DNA from: Lytechinus pictus
Lineage: Eukaryota
Reading direction: 5' to 3'
Assembly (NCBI RefSeq): GCF_037042905.1
Contig: NC_087245.1
Coordinates: 30,134,001-30,198,000 of the forward strand
Length of the DNA stretch: 64,000 nucleotides
The notes under the pieces were generated by a model. It was not told where the DNA came from. It ran no database searches and worked only from the letters and a program-made list of their open reading frames with translations. Positions 13,191 through 24,959 of the stretch are shown here, one piece after another. How positions within the stretch are numbered: the stretch's first letter is position 1; every line of letters starts with the position of its first letter. Made by a program: the position numbers and the translations under genes.

Positions 13191-15391
13191 ATTACGTAAA
13201 AACCCCATTTGTGGCGACACTGCAGTTCGGATTGCAAACTGCGGTTTTAGACCCCATTTTTCATTTGAAAGTCTCATTTTGAACATTTCCAAGCCCCGAT
13301 AAACCCATCTTGGCCAGGTAATCCCCGTTGTCTCAATTTCACCTCCACAGGCCAGATTATGAGCGTTGAGCCAAGGAGGAAATGATAAACAACAGCTGTG
13401 CTATTTCGTAAGACTTCTCTGCCTGTAGTAGAACCTTCTGAATTAAATTATTGTATTCGATATTTAATCACGTTTTCAAAGGCATATTGTATTCAGAAAT
13501 TCAATGTTAGTCCATTTTTAATTTCGAACGAAAAAAATTGACCTCGAAATAAGGAAAGTAAGCGAATAGAAATGACGGCATGCTTACCGGCGGGTCCGCA
13601 CTCAGCGCTGCGCATGCACCCCATCGTGTGTGGCCCCCTGCTGTGACTGTGCCGAGCTGTTGTGTTATATTCGGACCGAGGTCAAGAAACAGGTGTTTTG
13701 ATACTTACATTGCATGGTTGGGGCAGTAGGGTTTGTCGTACTTTGAGAAGAGAATTTATTGCACGGGAAACTGGGGTATAGTGTTCTCAAATGGAGGTTT
13801 TTCGTCATATTTATGGAATACACGAGAATAAAAAAGGTAACTGATAAATGAACATTTGCAAGCGTGCAGCACGAGCCGAAAATATTAATGTTCAGATCGT
13901 AAAACTAACATTTTTTTTAAATCACTTTAAAACAATCAATTTGTAAATCAAACAAAAAAATGAAAGTTCGATTTCCGCGGCGAAATATCTTTTGCATATT
14001 GACTTCCAAATGTGATATTTAAGCTCCATATTGAACAAGATATGTAAATCAACTAACAGGCAATGCGAGCACGAAGTGCGAGCGAAAATTTTATATAGTG
14101 AATTATGAAAGATTCTTTTTACTTTCAAAGTCTTTCTCTTGTCGTCCTCTTCTTTTTTCTCTCTTTTCCCTGTTTTTTCTCCCCCCCCCCTTTTTTTCTC
14201 TTTTTTTTTGCTCCGCCAATAGGGGGGACCCAGGCCCCTCGCCCCCTGGATCCGCCTATGATATAAAGTGGCACAACAACTTGAATGGTAAAACCAAGCA
14301 AATGTCGGTGGAGCATTTGTCACCGGAGCAATCGTCGCCGGAGCATGTGTCATGGATTTAAATTGTCACGATGTGCTACCCTATCATGTGAACATAAAAT
14401 TGGGAATAAAAGAAATCTACGCCAGTATGAGTTATTTGTATTTATAGCATCATGCCTCTGAACGCCAAGAGTCTTGGCGTTCCATACATGTTGTATGTGT
14501 TGTGCACTTACGATGCTTTGTATTTTATGTTGAACGTTGACTCGGTCACGGTTGATTAAACTCATCCCAACCTATACTTGGATCGTCTGACGTTTCACTT
14601 TTCATGTTTTTGCGTGGTGTCATGCGGTGGTCATAACCTATTAAGCTGCCATTAATATAGACAGAGGTGAATCTCGCCCATAAACAAGGGATCAGGCGTT
14701 CCGTTGTAACTTACGGTGATAACCCAGGTATATTTTTCATGGATTGGGTAGGGTGGATAAGTGCAGTCCCATACATTGAGATGCACGTTGCGTCGACACA
14801 CAGATGCGCTTTAACCGTGGCCGGGCCGCGCGTTTCCGTTTTACACCCTGGCGAAGGCATTTTCCGGAAAAATAGCCACAAAGCGACTAGTGAAAAGTCT
14901 ACGTCTACGTTTGTTTACATACTATAATCAGCTGGGCGCGCGATCCAAAAGTCCGCACCGAAGATATCCGCAGAACATACGTGCAAATGCAGCTGAGCTT
15001 ATATAGACCAAAAGCTTCAGTCTCTGTATTTTGGTTGTTCCGCTGAACTATATACGTTGGTTTCATGATTTTTTTTTACTTTATCGCACATGATCGTTTG
15101 AATGAATGAAAACGAGTAATAGCTAAAATATTGAAAAATAAAACACATAATTACTTTTTTTCATATTATATCTATCCTTATATCTATCATATCTGTCTAT
15201 CCACTATCTATGTTATAAATCAATCTGGAACTACATGATATATCTATCTGTTAATTTGTCTATCTACTCTGTCTCTCTCATTCTCTATCTACCTATCTAT
15301 CTGTCTATCTATCTATCCATCTAACATCTATCTCTCAAATTCTCTATCTATCCATCTGTCTCTCTTTTATTTCTCTCTATCCATATATTAA

Positions 15392-15993
15392 AGGACAAGT
15401 CCACCCCAACAAAAACTTGATTTGAATAAAAAGAGAAAAATTCAATAAGCATAACACTGAAAAATTCATCAAAATCGGATGTAAAATAAGAAAGTTATGA
15501 CATTTTAAAGTTTCGCTTCATTTCACAAAACAGTTATATGCACATCTCAGTCAGTATGCAAATGAGGGAACTGATGACATCACTCACTCACTATTTCTTT
15601 TGTATTTTATTGTATGAAATATGAAATATTTTGATTTTCTCGTCATTGTCATGTGAAATGAAGTTTCATTTCTCCTTGAACACGTGGAATTCCATTATTT
15701 TTAACATTGTGTGCTTCAGGCAAGGAGGTCCTAATCGTCAAATTCGTAAAAATTGAAATATTGTATAATTCAAACAATAAAAAACAAAAGAAATAGTGAG
15801 TGAGTGACACCATCGACTCTCTCATTTGGATGTAACTGGCTTGTTCACATAACTATTTTGTTAAAAATAAGCAAAATTTGAAATGTCATAACTTGCTTAT
15901 TTTACATCCGATTTTGATGAAATTTTCAGCAATGTGCTTGTCTGATTTTTCTCTATTGATTCAAATCGAAATTTTTTGAGGTGGACTTGACCT
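15392..15993. mobile_element. Kolobok-like MITE (TTAA TSD)
   Basis: TTAA|AGGACAAGTCCACC ... GGTGGACTTGACCT|TTAA with long imperfect inverted arms. Confidence 0.85.
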
Positions 15994-16539
15994 TTAATCT
16001 ACTCGTGCAATATCAACACTGCTTCGACTTCTTTCGGGAGTCTATTTCCTCAGCTCTACTTTTCCCCTTTTTGTGCTCGATTCGATTCAATTACTACTTT
16101 ATTTACTTGTTACCATTGTTAAATGTCTTGTATTGCATAATGAGTTTTTTTTTCTCTGAAGGTTGCCTCCTATTCTCTTTAAAATTCCACCTCTTGCTTT
16201 CCCTTCTCTTTGTCTTATCCCAATTTCTTTCCCTTCTCTCACCTCTTTCCTCTTCTCTCTCCTCTTTCTTCTTAATCTTTCATTCCGCTTTTTTCTTCTT
16301 TGGTGACACTTTGTAGTACTTTTGGCGTTTTTGTATTCATTTATGATACATTTCTTTTTCATCTGCATGAATTTGTATTGTATTTGATATTTGTTTATAA
16401 TGTTTACTTTATATTTTGTTATGATTCTATTTGTATGTAAACATTCACTTATTTCAGTCTTTGACTGCTTGTGATTGCATTTTGATAGTTTTTATTGCAA
16501 TAAAATCCAATATATATATAAATATATATATATATATAT

Positions 16540-16616
16540 CTAAAATTCTCTAAAATTCTCTCTATCCATCTGTCTGTCTTTTTCTCTCTATCCGTCTATA
16601 TATCTATATCTATCTA

Positions 16617-16663
<47 letters not shown>

Positions 16664-17333
16664 ATGCAGTCTCTATCTATCTGTTAATTTGTCGCTCTTC
16701 TCTGTCTCTCTCATTCTTTATCTATCTAACATCTATCTATCTCTCAAATTCTCTATCTCTCTCTCCCCCTCTCTCTATTTATCTATCCATCTTTCTGTCT
16801 TTCTCTCTCTCTATCTATCTATCTTCTATCTATCTATTTATTTATCTATCTCTTTAATTATATCTCTATCTATCTATGTAACTACAGTATCTACAATGTA
16901 TCTATCTGTTAATCTTCTCTGTCTCTATATCTATCTAACATCTGCCTCTCTCTATCCCTCTCTCCCTCTATCTATCTCTCTATCTATCTCTCTATCTATA
17001 TATCTATCTATCTATCTATCTATCCATCTGTCTTGTTTTCTCTCTTTCTCTATTTCTCTTTTTCCGTCCATAATTATCTATCTATCTATAACATTTCTCC
17101 CTCTCTCAAGTTCTCTCCCCCATCTATCTATCTATCTATATATCTATCTATCTATCTATCTATTTATCTATCTATGTAACTACAGTATCTATCTATCTGT
17201 TAATTTGTCTTCGAATCTCTGTCTCTCTCATTCTATATCTAACATCTATCTATCTCTCAGATTCTCTATCTCCTCTAGGCTATCCATCTATCTGTCTTTT
17301 TTTTCTCTCTCTATTTCTCTTTATCCGTCCATA

Positions 17334-17364
<31 letters not shown>

Positions 17365-17419
17365 ATATCTATCTATCTATCCATCTATCCATCTCTCTGT
17401 CTTTCTCTCTCTCTCTACT

Positions 17420-17450
<31 letters not shown>

Positions 17451-17455
17451 GTCTG

Positions 17456-17501
<46 letters not shown>

Positions 17502-17525
17502 CATCTCTCTGTCTTTCTCTCTACT

Positions 17526-17556
<31 letters not shown>

Positions 17557-17591
17557 GACTATCTATCTATCTGTCTATCTATCTATCTATA

Positions 17592-17638
<47 letters not shown>

Positions 17639-17680
17639 GTCTCTATCTATTTATCAGTCTTCTATATCTATCTTTCGGCA
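16540..17680 (+). repeat. (CTAT)n/(CT)n compound microsatellite
   Basis: Directly visible. Source of the spurious 289-aa SIYL ORF. Confidence 0.95.
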
Positions 17681-18064
17681 TCTAAGTGTATCAATCCATC
17701 AAACTTCAATTTTCTTTCTATTATATGTATCTGTTTATTTTTATTTTGTCTGTCATTCTATTCATTTAGTTAATGATTTATATTTAGAAAAAAAAACTTG
17801 TTCATAACTTTTCATTAAAAAAAACGTAACTGCAAAAACATGTTCGGATTTCACTCATATGACTGCTCTCTACATGAAGTGCCGAGGAACTCTATGCTCT
17901 GATCAGTAACTGTGCAGATTGAATGCGGTGGTGTGGGACTCGCCTGTGTCGCACGCTGCAACCAGCGACGTGTGTAGACTCTTCACTAGTCGCTTTGTGG
18001 CTATTTTTGCGGAAAATGCCTTCGCCAGGGTGTAAAACGGAAACGCGCGGCCGGGCCTGCGGAT

Positions 18065-20014
18065 GTGTCAACACCCACGGGCACTGCGTCAAAGCAGCGA
18101 CGCGCTAATGGTCATAGCAGTAGGCCTTGGTTCCCTGCTGTGATTCAGGGATGTGATTTTGAACAAGCCTTGCGAATTGATGTCTTTAGTGCCTCCACAA
18201 TCAGTATGGTGAGGCAATCGACCGCTGACGACCTCGGTCTTGATATTGTTGTTGATGATTGTAATTTTGATGATTTTCAGTCCTATTTTGTTACCGCTGA
18301 TGTGGTCCTAGTACCGCAGTCATACATTATTGGCTTCAGCAGCTTCTATTTGATTCTTAATGGTTGTGAATTATTTTTTGACGGATTTGTTGTTACAGAT
18401 AACGTCATGGATTCCTATGGCAGAGATGTCCTAGTAGGTGCTCCTTTCATGGAATGCAATGACGTATTGATTAGACCATCCAAACGCTTGATCACTTTGG
18501 CGACTATGGCATCAGTTACTGGTTCCTATACCAGTGAGTGTGATCCAGCCTTTAGCGTGAATTGCATTGTTCCCAATATTGTCTGTGATCATTTGAGTCA
18601 TAGTGAGTGTGAACGTGGCTCCGTAATTGTAACCTCTCAGACAGTGAGTGCTGCTGCGAATGAGTATGCTGTTGTTGGTCTTACTCAAAGTGGGTGCGAA
18701 CATGACTCCGTAAGTGTAACATCTCAGACAGTGAGTATCGCTAGTGAGAATGCTAATGCTGATGTTGGTTCTGACCCTGTGGACACCCATTGTGCTGTCA
18801 TTTCAGAAGGAGATGTAAATGGTTGTGCAGATTATGGAAGTTCTGACGTGCACGATTACCCAGAGAGTCATAGGGCTTCAGTCCTTCAGACGAGTGAGAA
18901 TAAGGGTAATGTTGTTGATTGCTGTGTGACTCCTGATTCAGTCTGTCAAAGGTGTGAGAGTGATCATGATAGTAACAGCAATGATCGCAAACACTATGCA
19001 AGCCCAGACCCAGTCCTTTATGAGTTTGAGTGTTGTCATGTTGAGCAGTACATTAAACCAGATTCTATATTACCTGAGGATGATGGTGAGAGTATTAATG
19101 TAAAACAGAGTCCTGAATTCTCTGAGTCTGCTGAGATAGCATGTACTCAATTAGATAATCTGAGTGATGAGAGTGGTGGAGATAAGAATAATGTGAGTTG
19201 TGATGTTTACCATAATGTTGATCTCTCTTGTAAAGAGAACAGAGCTCAAGTCTTTGGTGATATCGGTTGCGATATTGCTGTTGGTAGTCAGGAGGATATT
19301 AGCAACAAACATGTGGTCTCGGTACTGAGCAGTGCTCTGGAATTTCCTGGTACAGTGGCTTTCGGTGATATCGGTTGCAATATTTCCACTGATAGTCGGG
19401 AAAACATTAGTGATGTGCATGTCCCGATACTGAGCTTTGCTCTGGAATTTCCTGGTACAGTGACTTCAAGTACTGAGCATAGCTCTGTAGTTCCAAAGTG
19501 CAGCGTCTATGATGATGAGTTTACGTGTACCCCTGGATTTGACCATTCGGTAGTTCTTCCTGTTACTCAGCAACTCATTGTTGGTCATCATTGCATTGAT
19601 GAGTATGCTGTCCAATCTCGGCGCGAATCTTACGTATCGTACCATAGCAATACCATAAATACTACGTTCGTATCCGATTTGTTTGTCCATAGCGATTCCG
19701 TCTACTCCGTGGCCATAATCGAGTTATGTGGCAATCATATCGATCGCAACTCAATCTCAATCGGTCACGTTATTGCTATCACTCCGTCCAGTCGTATTAG
19801 AGTTTGTGACGACGGCCGTTCGATGAGGGCACTTATCGCGATGCATCACCAGAAAAAGGATGCCAGTAAGAGAGTGTTGTACTCACCAGCACCTTATCGT
19901 TCCTCACCCGTGGAAATCTGCAGTAATAGCATCTTCCACCATGATTGCGTGCAGAATTGGGATACCTCAGCGATGCGACGTCGACCGTATCATTTCTCCA
20001 TCTTCGATGTCTAA
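18065..20014 (+). CDS. 649-aa ORF: degenerate Ty3/gypsy-type aspartic protease region plus acidic Ser/Cys/Val-rich extension; no RT, RNase H or integrase
   Basis: Stop-free 1950 bp. LRIDVFSASTISMVRQSTADDLGLDI and DVLVGAPFMECNDVLIRPSKRLITL resemble gypsy protease motifs, but the catalytic D-[ST]-G is lost. Two in-frame internal duplications. Confidence 0.6.
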   Translation: MSTPTGTASKQRRANGHSSRPWFPAVIQGCDFEQALRIDVFSASTISMVRQSTADDLGLDIVVDDCNFDDFQSYFVTADVVLVPQSYIIGFSSFYLILNGCELFFDGFVVTDNVMDSYGRDVLVGAPFMECNDVLIRPSKRLITLATMASVTGSYTSECDPAFSVNCIVPNIVCDHLSHSECERGSVIVTSQTVSAAANEYAVVGLTQSGCEHDSVSVTSQTVSIASENANADVGSDPVDTHCAVISEGDVNGCADYGSSDVHDYPESHRASVLQTSENKGNVVDCCVTPDSVCQRCESDHDSNSNDRKHYASPDPVLYEFECCHVEQYIKPDSILPEDDGESINVKQSPEFSESAEIACTQLDNLSDESGGDKNNVSCDVYHNVDLSCKENRAQVFGDIGCDIAVGSQEDISNKHVVSVLSSALEFPGTVAFGDIGCNISTDSRENISDVHVPILSFALEFPGTVTSSTEHSSVVPKCSVYDDEFTCTPGFDHSVVLPVTQQLIVGHHCIDEYAVQSRRESYVSYHSNTINTTFVSDLFVHSDSVYSVAIIELCGNHIDRNSISIGHVIAITPSSRIRVCDDGRSMRALIAMHHQKKDASKRVLYSPAPYRSSPVEICSNSIFHHDCVQNWDTSAMRRRPYHFSIFDV

Positions 20015-22608
20015 GCGTTGCCTCCATCCTCCAGGCAAGTTGACGCGCTAGATACAATCCCAAGTATCACTGAATCTCCAGCTTTGGACATATTCTCCTG
20101 CCTTCCTAGTTGGTATCCCCTGTGGATAATGTGAACTCTGTTGGCCAAAATATCCACACTTCTACCTACCTAGTCCCTTCACTGACTGACTGCTTGCTTG
20201 TGAATGGCACCTTTGATGATCTTGATCAGTCCTCCACACACGATGTCCCACAGTGTATGCCCTGTGACACTGGCTCTGAAGACCATCACTCCTGCCATAA
20301 TGGGAACCCAACCATCTGGACTCTTGGACCTCGCCCACCTTCATCTAGCTGGGTCCTTCTTCACGAGAGATCTCTGTATGCCTTGAGCTGGATCTATCTC
20401 ACCGAGCCTACGTGGGTTGTTCCGACGCCTGCCCTGGATGTTGCTGACATAGCTTACATGGACATACTCCACTCTTGTGTGCTATCAGACTTGTCCCCAT
20501 ACTGTTTGAGTTTATACTTAGTCGACAGCTCACATGGACTTATACCCATTCTTACATCACAGTCTACAATGAAGTTGGATTTTTATGGACTCATATTATC
20601 ATAATATTATGAACTTCATACACAGAGGAATGTTGTTTAATTATTTTGCTGGTCTTTAACATTTTAAACCTGTTTCACATTGGATTACTGATTACTCTTT
20701 TTTCATGATCTCTCATTTTTATTTATGCATGTCATAATGTGTATTACATGTTTTTTTTTATTGCTTATTGCTTTATATGTTTTAATTGCACCCCTTTACC
20801 TTGATTGTGCTGGATCGTGTTGATACTGCGCGAATATAATTTGCTTTCATATGTTTGGATTTTATTTACTTAGCATGTTAGCAGGTACTCATTACTCCCT
20901 TGATACATGTATGTCTACATCCATTGATAATAAGTTGGTATATATATATGCCCGATTAATGTTGTCCTGTGGCTTGTTTAGTACGACATTAAATTTGAGT
21001 AATTTGGTGTAATGTTGTACGTGCGTTTTCAGCTGTTGCTTACATTGTGATTGGTTGGTTGTTTATGGAATAGTGGGCCTATAGTAGTGTGAATGAATTT
21101 TGGGCTTCGTCTGCTACGTATGGGTTGATTGTTGTATTGTTGACCTTAAACTGTTTTTTTTTATGTTCACAATGTGTTGATTGCAATGTGTGCTGATGCG
21201 TGTTGTATTATTGGGATATTTATAATAATGGATATGGAAAAAATGAAATCAAGAAGAAATGTTTTTAGTTACAGTTGTTGGTAGTGTTTTACGCCTATTT
21301 TGTTTTATCCATACAATTATATGTGTGCTAAGTTTAGTATAGTGCGTCATGCTAAAAATGATGTCTATTTAATCTCTATACAAGGGCAAGTTTAGTATTA
21401 ATTTAATTTGCAAACATGTACGTGACTTACGTAACCTGTAAGTAATAATTGGGAAGTTATTATTAGGTGGTCTGTCTATGACAGATCACCTCTTAATTTC
21501 GTCAGAATTTTCTTTATTTTTATTATTTATTTTTAATGGCTACATATTTGTCGCCAAGATATCTCGAATTTGACTGTGTCGATTTAATTGAATTTCAAGG
21601 CATCTATAGGGTTTGTCATGGAAACGCCAAAATAAGCTTTTCAAGGTCATCAAGTCATGATGACGTCATCTAGACGCCATTTTGTAAAATCACATTACCA
21701 ATCATATCTCCATTATCAATTATCAAAAATCAATCAAATTCACATGACATTAACTTCAGATTAAGGGTCATCAGGTCATGTCATCAAAGGTCACTTAAAG
21801 GTCACGACGCGCGCGTCAAAATTTTAAAATGCTCAAAATCACTTTTTGACCAAAGTAGAGTACGTTTCAGGTCATTTAAACAAAAATTCAAAAATTTGCG
21901 CGTGCAAACGTATGCGCGCGCGTTTCCGCGCGTAACGCCTTAACGCAACTCAGAAACACCGTTTTTTATATATCATTGCATTGATAATATAATTTTGAGC
22001 AATTTGATACCTTGATCAACCTTCTACGACCATTAATAAGGAAATTAACATATATCATATTTTGATAGAGTATGAATTAGAGATATAATTTCATGTCTCA
22101 TTTGACCCTCAATTATATTATGACGTCATCAAAATGGCGTCGGAAGTCAAAATATCAATTTTGCGTGTTATGACGTCATTGTAATTATGCAAATTTGGCT
22201 CTAACTCCGTGAATATTGATCAAATTTCGCCCAATTTTGTTCTATGATGTAGCTTAGGTCTTACTCTTTCTGAATCATTGCCTTTATTTTTCATTTTGAT
22301 AAATAGATCATCCTCAAAAATTGCAAATGATAAAGGCATGTCATTTTTACTCATTTTGCGTGTAATCTCTATGGGACATGACTTTTTCTCAAAACTAGAT
22401 TCTACATTCTTCTATTTCGTAAGCCATATCTCCAATATTTGTTGCCAGTTATTCCTGAGCTTTTAGTATGTAGTAACTGAGATTCTAAGCTTTCGGTAGT
22501 GTTCACTTCATTTGCCGATCAGATGCCGGGATCATGCCCGTATTTCACTTGCAAGATTGGATATGAGATTCTCGTGTTTTGCTTACGTGTAAAGCCTTTG
22601 GGAAATAT

Positions 22609-22685
22609 TCTAGCTCAATCGGTTAGGCGTCAGACTTGCTTCTCATTCCATCATGCGGGCAGGGGTTCGAGTCCGCGGGTGAACA
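22609..22685 (+). promoter_or_regulatory. tRNA-like Pol III promoter remnant (A and B boxes)
   Basis: TAGCTCAATCGGTTAGGCGTCAGAC ... GGTTCGAGTCC. No convincing acceptor stem. Confidence 0.55.
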
Positions 22686-23023
22686 TGATTTTTTTTTTAA
22701 GCTAAAGCTATCTTGCCTACGATCAGTTATAAGAATTCTAATAAATGATAGCTAAAATATTGCAAAATAAAACAGATTATAATTACTTTTTTTGATATTA
22801 TATCTATCTATCTGTCTGTCTATCTACCTACATGACATATCTATCTCTCTGTCTAATATATATATATATATATATCTGTTTGAATATGTCCCTCTCTCTC
22901 TATCTATCCATATGTCTGTCTATCTACCTACATTGTATATCTATCTGTCTATCTATCTCTCTCTATCTGTCTAATATATACTATCTGTTTAGATATGTCT
23001 ATCTATCCATCTATCTGCCTGTC

Positions 23024-23068
<45 letters not shown>

Positions 23069-23243
23069 ATGACTGTCTCTCTACTTATCTATATGTCTGT
23101 CTCTCTATCTATCTCTGTCTATCAATTTATATGTCTGTCTCTGTATCTATCTATATGTCTATCTATCTATATATCTATCTATCTATATGTCTGTCTATCT
23201 ATCTATATTTCTGTCTCTCTGTCTATATGTCTGTCTATCTATC

Positions 23244-23275
<32 letters not shown>

Positions 23276-23477
23276 TATATATATGTCTGTCTATCTATAT
23301 ATATGTCTGTCTCTAATCCCGTACTAAAGGTGGGGTTAGCCCACTTTGCAAAAATGCTGTGTAAAAAGAAAGTGGGCTAAGCTTAACCCCGTACTATAGG
23401 TGGGGCTAAATGGCAATTTAGCCCCACCTATAGTACGGGGTTAAGGAAATTTTAGCGTGTGTAAAAAGGGTAATATA

Positions 23478-24026
23478 CCCTTTTTACACACGCTAAAATT
23501 TCCTTAACCCCGTACTATAGGTGGGGCTAAATTGCCATTTAGCCCCACCTATAGTACGGGGTTAAGCTTAGCCCACTTTCTTTTTACACAGCATTTTTGC
23601 AAAGTGGGCTAACCCCACCTTTAGTACGGGATTATTTGGCCCTGCAAAAAAGCAGGGTTATCCCAGCAATTGCGGTGCTAAGAGCGATAGTACGGGGTTA
23701 AGATCGCTAGTGTAAAACGAAAGTGGGCTAAGCTTAACCCCGTATTATAGGTGGGGCCAAATGGCAATTTGGCCCCACCTATAGTACGGGGTTAAGGAAA
23801 TTGTAGCGTGTGTAAAATGGTACGAGTGAAGTACTTGTACTACGAATGGTCGACAAAAACCACTAGTCCGGGGTTAGCGAGTTTCGTGTGTGAAAAGCAA
23901 GCATTCCTTATCCGGGGTTAGCAAAAACAATTTGGCATGTGTAAAAAGGAAAAAAAATAGTACGGGGTTAAGGATAGTACGGGGTTAGCGATAGTCCGGG
24001 GTTAAGAAAATCCTGTGTAAAAAGGG
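23478..24026. mobile_element. MITE with CCCTTTTTACAC TIR and TA flanks
   Basis: TA|CCCTTTTTACAC ... GTGTAAAAAGGG|TA. Internal TAGTACGGGGTTA repeats and hairpins. Confidence 0.8.
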
Positions 24027-24154
24027 TATATATGTCTGTCTCTCTATCTATATATATGTCTGTCTATCTATATATCTGTCTGTCTCTCTTTCTATCTATA
24101 TGTTTATCTATGTTTTATTAATACAACCACCTATCATCTCTCTATCTATCTATA

Positions 24155-24953
24155 CAGTGCGTCCCACAAAAAACGAAACCGAGATTTATCGATGATTTAT
24201 CATAACTAAATCACAAATACAATAGACAAATGACCTACCATTTTAAAGCTTAGAATCTCCTCTTTCATCTGAAATTACTTAGATTATTTTTCATTCACGC
24301 ATGAGTGAGCAAAAACAATTTGAAAAGGGGATACCAAAAAGTCACTTGGCACGCCGTATCTGGGTTTAAAAAAGTTCAATATCTGCTCTTTAATTTGATA
24401 CCTTAATTACAGAAAATGGTAAAGAAATAACAAAGTTCTGGTTATTTGAAATAAGGCTTGATTTTCAATAATTTCAGAAAATGAAGAGGTTTTACAGGCT
24501 AGCGTTCAAACTCACTCGACACTCCGTTTTGTTGACGATCAGCCATGCATGAAGTCTTTTGTTACCGTGCGATAGCTTCTGTGGGAAACCGGGGAAAACA
24601 CATTTATTTAATGAAATTATGGAAATACAAGCATTGTTTCGAGGGATCATAACTTTTTTACTTCTTGACCATTTTCTGTGATTAAGGTATCAAAGAAAAG
24701 AGCAGATATTGAAATTTTTAGTCATGTGATTTTCTTTTTGAAATTCAGATACCCCCCGCCAAATGAGTTTTTGGCATCCTTTCTTCGAATTGTTTTTGCT
24801 CACTCATGCGTGAATAAGGAATAATCTAAGTAATACCAGATGAAAGAAGAGACTCTAAGCTATACATTGATAGGTCATTTGTCTATTTTATTTATGACGA
24901 AGTTACGATAAATCATCGCTAAATCTCGGTTTCGTTTTTTCTGGGACGCACTG
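24155..24953. mobile_element. Tc1/mariner-type MITE
   Basis: TA|CAGTGCGTCCCACAAAAAACGAAACCGAGATTT ... AAATCTCGGTTTCGTTTTTTCTGGGACGCACTG|TA with long inverted arms. Confidence 0.9.
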
Positions 24954-24959
24954 TATATA

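Larger units (their letters stand above)
9863..14358. mobile_element. MULE/foldback-like non-autonomous transposon with nested insertions
   Basis: Inverted ends GACACATGCTCCGGCGACGATTGC (9871) and GCAATCGTCGCCGGAGCATGTGTC (to 14351). 9-bp TSD TAAATTGTC at 9854-9862 and 14359-14367. Confidence 0.8.

Noticed and set aside
14364..14419. TGTCACG as a canonical TG start of the 5' LTR
   Set aside because: It overlaps the MULE-like TSD and aligns with the host repeat at ~28620-28675, so it lies outside the element.
16689..17558. 289-aa ORF (also 22832-23272 and 27015-27317)
   Set aside because: Translations of (CTAT)n microsatellite.
22609..22685. Functional tRNA gene (also 8830-8905)
   Set aside because: A/B boxes are present but there is no coherent cloverleaf, and both lie within mobile elements.
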